Sequence record: NC_042098.1 | Direction: 5' to 3' (one strand) | DNA length: 64,000 nt | Shown: one piece after another, positions 8,964-18,255 of the stretch | How the letters are laid out: every line of letters begins with the position of its first letter | How positions within the stretch are numbered: the stretch's first letter is position 1 | Made by a program: the position numbers and the translations under genes | The notes under the pieces: generated by a model | The model's database searches: none | What the model was told of the DNA's origin: nothing | Seen by the model: the letters and a program-made list of their open reading frames with translations, nothing else

Positions 8964-11339
8964 ATGAATTTAAATGTGGACTATACAATTTACGTGGATA
9001 ACACCAAGAAGCTTATCCGCACAATGGTCATTAATTCGGCTCAATCAGCTAATATAATTAACGGCCGTATGGATGGCTTGGGGTACGGTCGTGACATCTA
9101 CGACAAGAGTACCTGGAAGTACTACATGAACATGGCCGGGATCTACCATCCGTCCAATGACCCGATGCAGGTGAAGTCACTCGATAACGGTCAGCTCATC
9201 GACTTTACCCGTGAGAACATGGAGATCCATGTCAGCACCAAACGCAGCTACCAGTACGGCACCGACTATTATAAAGCCCTGGTTGCCCAATACCCGTATC
9301 AGATCGCGCTGATCAAGGGGATCTTAAACCCAATTGATCTCAGTGTCTCAACCACCGCCGATGACTGGCAGATCCTCTATTACGATAAGACGCTGGTAGA
9401 AGACGGTGAAGAGAACCTGATCCCCCGTTTCCAGGAGTGGGTCAACACCCTGATCACCCAGACCTATCTGCCGGACTATGTCTACATCACCGAAGATCTG
9501 ATGCACCACTTCTATCTTTCCTTAATTGGTGGTTTTGGCCCTGGTGTGATCCTGGGGATTCGCTTAGAGAACATCAAAACCAACCGGGCACACAGCTTCC
9601 ATATCTGGTCGCACATTCTGTCGCATGCTGATATTGAGCAGTATCGTCCGTACCTGAACCGCAAACAGATCCTCTATCTGTATCGCAACATTGTGTGGCA
9701 TACCCGCAACCCAGGTGCGCAATACTCCTTCCAGAAGATGATCGACGCCTTCTTAACGGAACGCCGCATCCCATTACAGTCATACAACGCTCAGCACAAC
9801 ACCTCGAGCATCCTGACCAAGATTAAACCCGAGGTGGAGTTCAAGCGTGAACTGTTGAACATGCAAGATGCGATTGCCAATGTGAACTATGTGCGCAGTA
9901 CCCGTGAGATCCTGGAAGATGAAGTGCCGCTGGCGAAGAACAACGCCGATGTGTACGAAGACCGAATCGGGGAAGTCATTCAGGATGTTGGGACTAACCG
10001 CAACAGTAACCTGCCGACCAAAGTGTTGGAATCCAACATGCGGGATCTCTCTGACTCGCTGCCGTTCTCACACTCCCTGACATTACTGAACGAATGGGTG
10101 CGGTTGTCCTCTACCGGAATGTACACCGCAGTGATCACCACCACCAACCCCAACACCGGATTGACCATGACCATGACAGTAAAGGAAGCGTTCATCCTTT
10201 ACCTGTACGGTGTCTGGCAAAGTCACGGGGTTAACCTGGAGACGATCCCGACCTTCCGTGCCAATATGGTAATGAAGATCCCTCGGCCGCAGTTTGCGTT
10301 CTTAAAAGCACAATACGGCTCGCAGCATGTCACCGACGAGTTCATCAAGTACGCCCTGAATCTCTGTCCGGATATCCCGGCGATCATCTCGACAGAAACC
10401 TTCTATGCGAAGACACTTGAGATTAATGCCGCGACTCAATTGCACCGGGATCTGTACAGTTACCGTAACCATTATCATGCGCGGGCAGAATTCGAAGCCC
10501 TGGCCTTTGGTTTCTACCAGGATCAGGATTGCGACATCAACTCCGGCATGACGTATAAGGAGTTCTTCAAACAGAAGGGGTGGGACTTCACTGACTTACC
10601 ACCGGAAGAGTGGGTGGTGTTCGCCAACAAGGTCTCCTCCATTGCCACCGGGCTGGATACGGCTAACCAGCAGAAGCTTGCGGATATTCAGCAAGCCATG
10701 TTGGGCCTGACCATGCAACTGTCCAGTTACACCATCCAAGTGATCAGGAAGATCAATGAAGAAGCGGTGGTGATGCTCGACTGGCCAACCTTGCGCGGGG
10801 GCGACATGCACATGAAGGTCTATCAGCAGTGGCACTTGGTGGATAACCCTGTGCGACCGATTGATACCCACATGCGTGAGAAGAAGACCTACAACCTGAT
10901 CCACGACTTCCCGAAAGGCCATAACTCGGTAGAGCGCAGCTGGCGCTTCTATATCGACACCGCACGGCAGTTAAGTAGTCAGGGGATCAACTCCCGTTAC
11001 AACTATTTGAATGGTGCACGTATGCGATTGTGGACGGCTGACGATGCGGCCGGTGCCGAGAACGAGTTTGACCAACAGATGACCGTGAAAGATCTGCAAG
11101 GTCTCTGGGTTGACCCGTACGGCGATGCCCGTCCGCCGGCTGACTTCAGTGCAGAAGTGTTGAACGGATTGTGGACTGATCCGTTACCCGGGATTGCACC
11201 GATCGTCAGTAGCTTGGGTGGGTTATGGATCGATGGTCCGAAAGCCAATGCTTTTGATGAGGATCTCAACGGACTGTATACTGAAGCGCCTGCAGCATTA
11301 CAAGCCTTACGCAATACCCCGCCTGATAGCACCACGTAA
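8964..11339 (+). CDS. Large virion structural protein (probable baseplate component); start revised to MNLNV
   Basis: About 790 aa, divergent from the portal, heads the structural operon; GGGAG RBS. Confidence 0.65.
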   Translation: MNLNVDYTIYVDNTKKLIRTMVINSAQSANIINGRMDGLGYGRDIYDKSTWKYYMNMAGIYHPSNDPMQVKSLDNGQLIDFTRENMEIHVSTKRSYQYGTDYYKALVAQYPYQIALIKGILNPIDLSVSTTADDWQILYYDKTLVEDGEENLIPRFQEWVNTLITQTYLPDYVYITEDLMHHFYLSLIGGFGPGVILGIRLENIKTNRAHSFHIWSHILSHADIEQYRPYLNRKQILYLYRNIVWHTRNPGAQYSFQKMIDAFLTERRIPLQSYNAQHNTSSILTKIKPEVEFKRELLNMQDAIANVNYVRSTREILEDEVPLAKNNADVYEDRIGEVIQDVGTNRNSNLPTKVLESNMRDLSDSLPFSHSLTLLNEWVRLSSTGMYTAVITTTNPNTGLTMTMTVKEAFILYLYGVWQSHGVNLETIPTFRANMVMKIPRPQFAFLKAQYGSQHVTDEFIKYALNLCPDIPAIISTETFYAKTLEINAATQLHRDLYSYRNHYHARAEFEALAFGFYQDQDCDINSGMTYKEFFKQKGWDFTDLPPEEWVVFANKVSSIATGLDTANQQKLADIQQAMLGLTMQLSSYTIQVIRKINEEAVVMLDWPTLRGGDMHMKVYQQWHLVDNPVRPIDTHMREKKTYNLIHDFPKGHNSVERSWRFYIDTARQLSSQGINSRYNYLNGARMRLWTADDAAGAENEFDQQMTVKDLQGLWVDPYGDARPPADFSAEVLNGLWTDPLPGIAPIVSSLGGLWIDGPKANAFDEDLNGLYTEAPAALQALRNTPPDSTT

Positions 11340-11340
11340 C

Positions 11341-11371
11341 CGGCATAACGAGGGGTCATCACTGACCCCTC
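11341..11371 (-). terminator. Hairpin + TTATGCCG element in antisense orientation
   Basis: CGGCATAAC-GAGGGGTCA-TCAC-TGACCCCTC; tail reads correctly only on the minus strand. Confidence 0.65.
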
Positions 11372-11418
11372 AAAAGTAATCCTATGTTTACACCACCTCT
11401 ACGCCTAAGGAGAACCAC

Positions 11419-12294
11419 GTGCCTGCTAATCAGCCGATTCACGGTGAGGGTGACTATGTTGTAGACGTCGCATTGAGCTCTGCTGAGTTAGTGTATGGTT
11501 TGATTAACCATGACAACAACACAGACTACACCTCATTGACGTTACGGTTAGGAACCCCGACTGTAAATACCAATGCACAGCACGATCGTAATACCCGTAT
11601 CTTTGCCCAAACTCGTCCAGGCGCGCCGAAGCAGGGGTCAACGTATTTCTATTATGATCGTATTTCGCTGGCCTACTACCTGCAAAACTACCCCGACCTG
11701 GAAGTCGACATCACCGATGACATGCTCACCATGCGTGATCTGATTCCGTGGATGAACCAGACCTTTGGATTAGGGTTGGTTGCTGAAGATGTCCGGGCCG
11801 ATTTAATTGACCGCACCCCGAACGCTGAAAACCGCTTTGCGATGTCAGCTGCCTCCCTGGCCTGGCAGGATTCGATCGTCTTAAAGATCAACATCCCACC
11901 GGTGGATATCGCCACCTTGACCGGCGACTCGGTCTTTGATGCCATTGAAGTGGTGTCAGAACACCCCCGCACTTACGGTCAGCTGTATGGCTACCAGGTT
12001 GATACCTCTGGCATGGCGGCGTTACTGACCGGTCTGCCAATTGGTAAGCTGAGTAATCTCAATGGTGAGAACCTCACGCAAGCATTATCCACTGCTACTT
12101 CTGACTATTGGGCTTTCGATGCAACTCCAGTTGTCCGTAACCTCTATGGTGCTACTGTGCGCTTTAATGGTCGCAGTACTGACCAGGCCGTGTACCCCAC
12201 TAAACCAGACAACGCGTACATGGTAATCGTGGATATTGTTGAGAGCGAATGCCTGGAGTTCGAAGGCCCGTTGGTTCTCTACTACACCCGTTAA
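11419..12294 (+). CDS. Virion structural protein, phiKZ gp131-135-like paralog family
   Basis: GTG start with AAGGAG; N-terminal YFYYDRISL module; C-terminal W...NLYGATVRFNG module shared with 12310 and 14040. Confidence 0.7.
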   Translation: MPANQPIHGEGDYVVDVALSSAELVYGLINHDNNTDYTSLTLRLGTPTVNTNAQHDRNTRIFAQTRPGAPKQGSTYFYYDRISLAYYLQNYPDLEVDITDDMLTMRDLIPWMNQTFGLGLVAEDVRADLIDRTPNAENRFAMSAASLAWQDSIVLKINIPPVDIATLTGDSVFDAIEVVSEHPRTYGQLYGYQVDTSGMAALLTGLPIGKLSNLNGENLTQALSTATSDYWAFDATPVVRNLYGATVRFNGRSTDQAVYPTKPDNAYMVIVDIVESECLEFEGPLVLYYTR

Positions 12295-12309
12295 CCGAGG
12301 AATCGCATT

Positions 12310-13128
12310 ATGTTACAACGCATTCTGCAAAAGACGGCTAACGAGATTATCGTTGAACCGTTTAACCTGGCTTTTAACACCAACTTAAAAGCTGCCAATT
12401 TTGAGCTGAAGGATGTCGGTCCTACAACCGGTGGAAAAGATACCCAGGCCACCTTGTCAGTGATCGACACCACCTCCGGATATAAAGGCGAGCGTCCGTT
12501 CACGTATAGCCGTCTGGATGCCACAGAACTCTTTTACGGCGTGCCGAAGTTCTTCCCAATGGGCTCGGCTGACATTGATGAATACTCTGTCGTTGGGATG
12601 CTGGCCTTACGTTATGGTTTGAAGCTTGACATCAACCATATCGCTAACGTCGCCATCACTGCCGGTAAAGCCGTGGTGACTTTCGCAGATTCATCCCCGA
12701 TCATCAAAGGCAGTGTGCAGTTTGACTTCTACGATGAAGCCATCGATTTGGAAGAACTGATTGCTGATCCAGAAATCGGCGTGTTGGAAATGCCAGAGCG
12801 TACTGAGAAGCCGAACGTGACGTATTACAGTTACGCGTACGACATGACGTACTGCAAAGCGTTTGTTCCGGGTATGGCGGTGGGTTCACTGGCAACACAG
12901 GAACTGGCCGACGCCGTAGCGAACATCACCGGTGATCCGTGGGTGCTGGCAGACGGCACGACCACTGAATACAACCTGGCCGGTGCTGAGCTTGTCTACA
13001 ACGGCAACACCACCACTGCGAATGCCCAGGGCTATCCCGTCAATGACGAATACGCCATGGTGGCTTTGTTTAAATTAACAGATTCATGTAATAATTTTAG
13101 TGGTCTGCTAATGGTTAACATGAACTAA
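12310..13128 (+). CDS. Virion structural protein, same paralog family
   Basis: SGYKGERPFTYSRLD N-module; PWVL...YNLAGAELVYNG C-module. Confidence 0.7.
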   Translation: MLQRILQKTANEIIVEPFNLAFNTNLKAANFELKDVGPTTGGKDTQATLSVIDTTSGYKGERPFTYSRLDATELFYGVPKFFPMGSADIDEYSVVGMLALRYGLKLDINHIANVAITAGKAVVTFADSSPIIKGSVQFDFYDEAIDLEELIADPEIGVLEMPERTEKPNVTYYSYAYDMTYCKAFVPGMAVGSLATQELADAVANITGDPWVLADGTTTEYNLAGAELVYNGNTTTANAQGYPVNDEYAMVALFKLTDSCNNFSGLLMVNMN

Positions 13129-13148
13129 TCTGTTGAAAAGGAACAATA

Positions 13149-14024
13149 ATGAAACGTAATGTCAGATCGCATGCAGGGAACATGTTGCAGGTCGCCCAGA
13201 TGTTGGGGATTGCACATGTGGTTCAGGAGCACACCACGCTGAATGAAAAGTTCAATGTGCTGCCTGATCAGATCCCGCAGACCGGTCGCCCTAACATGCA
13301 GTACTTCTGCATTGGCTTTGGCGGACACAAAGGTATTCTCGGTAAGAACAATACCTTCCTGTCCACATCGATCGACCACTACCCGGATCATGCGGCGCTC
13401 TATAAACACATCCCGTTTGTGTTGCGTGAGATCGGTAATGACCTCACTGCAGATCAGCGCGCGAAGTATCGTCTGCGCAGCATCATCACGTTGGATGACG
13501 GCAGTCGCTATATCGCCTATTACCTGAAGAAGATCGAACTCAGTAATGTGGTGGTGCGTTCTCAAAAGAACACCCGCGACGAGGCCGGTTTAATCACCAC
13601 CTCTGACTACGTGCCGGATGCCTCGGTACTGAACCCACAACAACCTGAACTCAACACCAACAACATCGACCAGGTAGTCACCTCCACGACCTTCTTGTCA
13701 GCCAACGCTGAACTGGATCTGTCGCTGAATGAGCTTGACTGTTCAGAGCTGCTCGATGTCGCCCGCATCCTTTATAAAGATGAAGCGTATGCCCTGGTGT
13801 CGGAGTACGGTCTGGTGGCAGGTATCGATGTCCCTGCTCAGGGTTCAACCGGTGCTGGCGGAACCATTCAGTATACTGAAGTGGTAGCGGCACAGATCGT
13901 GGACTTCATGACCAACCGTGGCTCAGGTGCGGATGATGACGATAAAGGCATCACCTGTCTGGTCAACTACGGCGCTACTGAGCCGCTGTTAGCTGACAGT
14001 GGTGCAAACGCAACAACCGTCTAA
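13149..14024 (+). CDS. Virion structural protein (phiKZ gp139-like, baseplate region)
   Basis: 291 aa; YFCIGFGGH, LYKHIPFVLR and YIAYYLKKI motifs as remembered from jumbo-phage homologs; operon context. Confidence 0.6.
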   Translation: MKRNVRSHAGNMLQVAQMLGIAHVVQEHTTLNEKFNVLPDQIPQTGRPNMQYFCIGFGGHKGILGKNNTFLSTSIDHYPDHAALYKHIPFVLREIGNDLTADQRAKYRLRSIITLDDGSRYIAYYLKKIELSNVVVRSQKNTRDEAGLITTSDYVPDASVLNPQQPELNTNNIDQVVTSTTFLSANAELDLSLNELDCSELLDVARILYKDEAYALVSEYGLVAGIDVPAQGSTGAGGTIQYTEVVAAQIVDFMTNRGSGADDDDKGITCLVNYGATEPLLADSGANATTV

Positions 14025-14039
14025 TGACACGGGGGTGAC

Positions 14040-14909
14040 ATGAACATTCTGGGTAAAGATCCACAACAGTTGATCAAAGAACTCGCTGCCGGTCACAACA
14101 ATGTCACGTTGGTGCCAGGGGCGACGAAAGTGGTCAACTTTCAAAACCTGGCTGGTACGGTTGGTATTGACGCACAGGCGGATATTGTCCCGGCTGACCC
14201 GACCGTCTATTACCGTAAGAAGACCATCCAGTTTGGCAAGATCGATCTGTCCAAGCATTGGCTGAATCAGCGTCTGACGATCCCACTGCAGGCGAACTCA
14301 ACCAGCCACAGCATCCTACCACAGCTGATCAAACGTTATGGTCTGAAACTGTCCACGGATGATCTGGTGTTGACCACGGTAAATACCAGTAAAGATATCT
14401 GGGAATTGCCGATTCGGGTGAAAGCCACCTCGTGGGTCTTTAAGAACACGCTGGACAACATTATCGTCTACGCCACCGATGTCAGCACTGATCTGCAGTA
14501 TGTGATCAAACGCCCATCGTTGACTGGGTTGGCGTATCCTTCTGCCGATACCACCAAGATGCAAGGCCCGCTGTTAAGCTACGGCATGCATTACAGTGTG
14601 TATACCGGACAGAACGAAGCGCTTAGAAATGCGAAGGTCGGTTACAAGATGATTGTAGCCTCTGACGACGACTGGGCGATTGCGGATCTGCTGTCGGACT
14701 ACACGGGTCTGGCGTGGTCGTTTAAACAGACTGGACCAAGCCTGTACAATGCCGAAGTGGTGTATAATGGTGTTGCAACGAATGTGCCGAGCACCTATTC
14801 CCATCTTGATCGCAGTAGTGCCACGAACTTCTTAATTCTGAAGCTCAGTGGTGTCGGTGATGTGGGCGGGTATGTGGCTATTGGTTACACGATCGAAGTT
14901 GATCCGTAG
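14040..14909 (+). CDS. Virion structural protein, same paralog family as 11419 and 12310
   Basis: IQFGKIDLS N-module, LTGLAYP linker, LAWSF...SLYNAEVVYNG C-module. Confidence 0.7.
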   Translation: MNILGKDPQQLIKELAAGHNNVTLVPGATKVVNFQNLAGTVGIDAQADIVPADPTVYYRKKTIQFGKIDLSKHWLNQRLTIPLQANSTSHSILPQLIKRYGLKLSTDDLVLTTVNTSKDIWELPIRVKATSWVFKNTLDNIIVYATDVSTDLQYVIKRPSLTGLAYPSADTTKMQGPLLSYGMHYSVYTGQNEALRNAKVGYKMIVASDDDWAIADLLSDYTGLAWSFKQTGPSLYNAEVVYNGVATNVPSTYSHLDRSSATNFLILKLSGVGDVGGYVAIGYTIEVDP

Positions 14910-14958
14910 CAGTGTATAAATGAAGGGTGGGGCTTCGGCTCTGCCCTTAGGGAGTCTT

Positions 14959-15564
14959 ATGATGGTGTTGCAAGATGGACGCCCGGTGGAAGAGTTACTG
15001 CAGGTCTCCATTGACCCCGGAACTGATACCGTCGGTGTTACGTTATTGGGATTGCATCCGATCACCCTTGAGATGACCTGGAAGGAATCCTTTACGTTGT
15101 ATGGATCATTGCTTAATTACCGCTCAGAGCTCGTGTTCCAGGAAGACCGGAACCGCGATGCACGTTTAAAGGGCCTCACTGATGCCCTGCTGCGTTATCT
15201 CTGTACGGTGCGGCCTCACGTAGTGGTGTTTGAAGATAACTTCTTACGTCACTCCCCACAGGCCTTTAAAGCACTGATCGAATCGGTGGAAGCCATTAAG
15301 CGTGCAGTCTGGGGGTATAACCCATACTTACCGTTCTATGAGATCTCGCCGATGCAGGCGAAAGGTGCCGTGAATGCGATTGCTCCTCGCGGACAAAAAC
15401 ATGATAAGGAGCTAGTGCGTAAGGGACTGATGAACTATCCACGTTTACAAATCCCTCATGCTGTTTTGCAGACACTCTCTGAGCACGCAGTTGACTCCGT
15501 CGCCATCGGCATCTACGGCCTGGAACAATTGTCGCTCGCGTTGAGTGCTGCTCATTGGAGATAA
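14959..15564 (+). CDS. ruvC: RuvC-like Holliday junction resolvase
   Basis: VSIDPGTDTVG, VVVFED and HAVDSVAIG match the RuvC acidic catalytic motifs; GGGAG RBS. Confidence 0.8.
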   Translation: MMVLQDGRPVEELLQVSIDPGTDTVGVTLLGLHPITLEMTWKESFTLYGSLLNYRSELVFQEDRNRDARLKGLTDALLRYLCTVRPHVVVFEDNFLRHSPQAFKALIESVEAIKRAVWGYNPYLPFYEISPMQAKGAVNAIAPRGQKHDKELVRKGLMNYPRLQIPHAVLQTLSEHAVDSVAIGIYGLEQLSLALSAAHWR

Positions 15565-15565
15565 A

Positions 15566-16075
15566 ATGACTACGCAGGCTACTGAAGAAGAGAAGATGGA
15601 AGTACCGGCCTCGAGTCTGGTTGAGCCAGTGATCGAGTCGGTGCATCCGCCGGTTGTCCGGGCAATGAACTTTGCCGGGGTGTTGGCTGTCCTCACCACC
15701 TGTTTGTGTGCCATTGCCTTCTTTGCCAACATGTCAATCCATGTCTGGCGAAACGGGTCATGGCCACCGAACGTCGGGGCAGTGATCGTGGCAGTGGTAT
15801 TGATCGGTCCTGTCTTAACCGCCTGGCAGTTCATGGGTGTGCGCAAAATCCTAACCTCATTACTTTCAAACGAGAATGGCCTGGGGTTAGGCGGAATTGC
15901 GAAAGAGGTCGTGGCCCGTCGTATGGGGTTTCAATACCAACCGACTCAGCCGATGACCAGCCAACAGGTGCAACAGAACTATCCGTCACATCAACCGCCG
16001 GTGGAATATCCCACTCCACCCGAGGGTTATGCACAGAACGTCCCGCCCGTACCACCAGGCGAGAATGCACGATGA
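15566..16075 (+). CDS. Membrane protein with two predicted TM helices and Pro/Gln-rich tail (holin candidate, unproven)
   Basis: FAGVLAVLTTCLCAIAFFA and VGAVIVAVVLIGPVLTAW hydrophobic segments; adjacent to spanins. Confidence 0.55.
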   Translation: MTTQATEEEKMEVPASSLVEPVIESVHPPVVRAMNFAGVLAVLTTCLCAIAFFANMSIHVWRNGSWPPNVGAVIVAVVLIGPVLTAWQFMGVRKILTSLLSNENGLGLGGIAKEVVARRMGFQYQPTQPMTSQQVQQNYPSHQPPVEYPTPPEGYAQNVPPVPPGENAR

Positions 16076-16096
16076 ATAGCACCGAACTGATTTAAT

Positions 16097-16150
16097 CAGC
16101 ATAAAGACAGAGAGCTTCCTTGCGGAGGCCCTCTGTCTTGTTTATGCCGG
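16097..16150. terminator. Bidirectional hairpin element between convergent genes
   Basis: CAGCATAA...AAGACAGAG stem...CTCTGTCTT-GTTTATGCCGG. Confidence 0.8.
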
Positions 16151-16156
16151 TTAAGG

Positions 16157-16660
16157 TTATTTCGTCGATCCCGTAGGGGGATTAACTTTCAGGTTGTTCA
16201 ACTGTTTTATTGCAGTGAGCAGACCGGTGGTGTACTCCTGGAGTTTGGTCAGACGACGAGCAGTGTCATCCGCTTCTGCCCCAATGTTGATTAAGAACTG
16301 ACTGTCTTCAGGTGGAAAGTACAGGTACTCATCATCTTCGAGCACACTGGTGACTTTATAGTTTACATCAGGCAAAGGTGCAATCGCTGCCGTTGAGGTA
16401 GCTGGAGCACCCGCTGGAACACCTACAGTTGCAGGCACGACAGCATCACTCGTACTACCAAAGCGGTCAATGATTCGCTTTTGCACCGTCGGAGCCGCGG
16501 GTCGCATCAGGGGAGCTGGCGGCTCCTGGACTTGCAATACCGTTTGCTCCAGCAACGTTCCGGTAAGGGATGGTGACGGGGGCGCTTGGTTTCTTGATCC
16601 GCAACCGGAAAGAACCATCACTAACAGCCCCAAGCAAGTTCCCAGTAGTAGCTTGCGCAT
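16157..16660 (-). CDS. Outer-membrane spanin (o-spanin, Rz1-like lipoprotein)
   Basis: MRKLLLGTCLGLLVMVLSG-C lipobox, Pro-rich linker; AAGGAG RBS before ATG 16660; starts inside the i-spanin gene. Confidence 0.8.
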   Translation of the reverse strand: MRKLLLGTCLGLLVMVLSGCGSRNQAPPSPSLTGTLLEQTVLQVQEPPAPLMRPAAPTVQKRIIDRFGSTSDAVVPATVGVPAGAPATSTAAIAPLPDVNYKVTSVLEDDEYLYFPPEDSQFLINIGAEADDTARRLTKLQEYTTGLLTAIKQLNNLKVNPPTGSTK

Positions 16661-16931
16661 CCTGTGACTCCTTATCATATTCAGAACTGATTCGTTGAGT
16701 CAGCGCCATCTGTTGTTGCTGGATGTCTCTCGTCTGCTCCCCGAGGACCTTTAGTTGATTAACAGATTCGCCTATCGATTCAATCTGTTTCGACATTTGT
16801 TTCTGTTGTTCACCAAGCGTGGCAACCGACGTCGCTGTTGACCACAGAAAATAGACAACGAAGCCTACCACTGCGATGACAAGTACGACTTTGAAGTTTT
16901 TAAGAAATAGTTCTTTCAGCAGAATCCACAT
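16467..16931 (-). CDS. Inner-membrane spanin (i-spanin, Rz-like)
   Basis: N-terminal TM, coiled coil, GSFRLRIK resembling the Rz RL(R/K)V motif; overlaps the lipoprotein gene. Confidence 0.8.
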   Translation of the reverse strand: MWILLKELFLKNFKVVLVIAVVGFVVYFLWSTATSVATLGEQQKQMSKQIESIGESVNQLKVLGEQTRDIQQQQMALTQRISSEYDKESQDAQATTGNLLGAVSDGSFRLRIKKPSAPVTIPYRNVAGANGIASPGAASSPDATRGSDGAKANH

Positions 16932-16940
16932 AAGTCGACC

Positions 16941-18170
16941 TTAATAGGTAGAGATCTTCAACCACCAGGCTTTGGCAAAGACCCAGGGTTTGGGCATCAG
17001 CCCATAGTCTGTGACAATGTCCTCGTTACGGTACTGGATGGTTGTGTTAAGGGCGAATCGCCGACGATGGTGTAAGGTAAGTAACCGAGAGCGTCCCTCG
17101 CCCGGGCGTAGCAAAGGCTCCGCCATCACCCCGTTGTTCAGCTGAATGGGGATACGAGTGTTATCGGGCACGGTGAACATACCAGGCCATTTATGTGTCT
17201 CCAGGGGAATCTGCTCCACTTCTAAGAGCGGATTGTCAAACACCACCCAAAAACTGGTAGATAAGAGCAGCCAGGCTTTATAGAAGTCATCCTTCTGGTA
17301 ATCACCCTTGCTCATGATCCGAGGCGAGTCAGGATTGATATTGGCCGGAATGCTAGATAGGTCTATGAATTCGCGGTCATAGAAATAGCGATCAACCCAG
17401 TCAATATACACCGTTGACAAACTGACCAGGCCTTCTCCGAGGATAGAGATGACTTCATCCTGCCAATAGAAGATCCCACCGATCACAATCCCGACGGATT
17501 TACCCTGGGTGCTAAACGGTGGCGACATCAGGATCTTCTGCCGATAGGGGTTCAGTTCATCTGAAGGCTGGAGCTGGTCAGCGGTGATGGAGTAACACTT
17601 CAGGGTGCTGACATTATGAAAGCTCAATACGCCTGATTTTACATCGTTGCTGACTTTGGCATTTTTACACGCATCTAACAGATAGATGCCGTCATCGGAT
17701 AGCGAGCTGCGGTGCAGGTAGCCGTTCACGGTAAACAATGCACAGTTAAATAATGTCGGGTAGTCCACTCCTTCTTTCATTAAGATGACATCATTAGCGT
17801 CCGCATAGCTAAAGTCACGTTTCAGGGATGAGGTGATGTTGGTTGGTTTTTGGGTAAACCACCATTCATTGAGATTGTTAAATAGCGCAGACTTCTTGGT
17901 GAGATTAGGCAGCGTCGTTGAGGTGGTCAACGCCCGGTTACCGAGCGAGGCTAACCACTGTACCAACGTACCGTTGAAAGCACTCACTTCATTATAATAA
18001 TCCTGCAGAACCAGGCAGACGTTCTTCTTTAGAAAGGGTGACGATAATATGACCCGGTTTTCAGAATAGGTCTGCAACACCGTTTTGAGCTGCATGGATG
18101 AAATATCGTCAGCAACTAACTTCGGGCGCTTGCCCACGGTTTTGGAAATACAGGCAACGTAGTTATACAT
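16941..18170 (-). CDS. Conserved jumbo-phage protein, probably virion structural
   Basis: 409-aa ORF; LFTVNGYLH and SVGIVIGG motifs; located between spanins and tail fibre genes. Confidence 0.6.
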   Translation of the reverse strand: MYNYVACISKTVGKRPKLVADDISSMQLKTVLQTYSENRVILSSPFLKKNVCLVLQDYYNEVSAFNGTLVQWLASLGNRALTTSTTLPNLTKKSALFNNLNEWWFTQKPTNITSSLKRDFSYADANDVILMKEGVDYPTLFNCALFTVNGYLHRSSLSDDGIYLLDACKNAKVSNDVKSGVLSFHNVSTLKCYSITADQLQPSDELNPYRQKILMSPPFSTQGKSVGIVIGGIFYWQDEVISILGEGLVSLSTVYIDWVDRYFYDREFIDLSSIPANINPDSPRIMSKGDYQKDDFYKAWLLLSTSFWVVFDNPLLEVEQIPLETHKWPGMFTVPDNTRIPIQLNNGVMAEPLLRPGEGRSRLLTLHHRRRFALNTTIQYRNEDIVTDYGLMPKPWVFAKAWWLKISTY

Positions 18171-18255
18171 GCGCTCCGCCCTTAGTTTGAAAAATCAATC
18201 ATATGTGCTCGTTACTTAAACATACCTAAGCTATAAAATTACTTTGGAGACCGAC

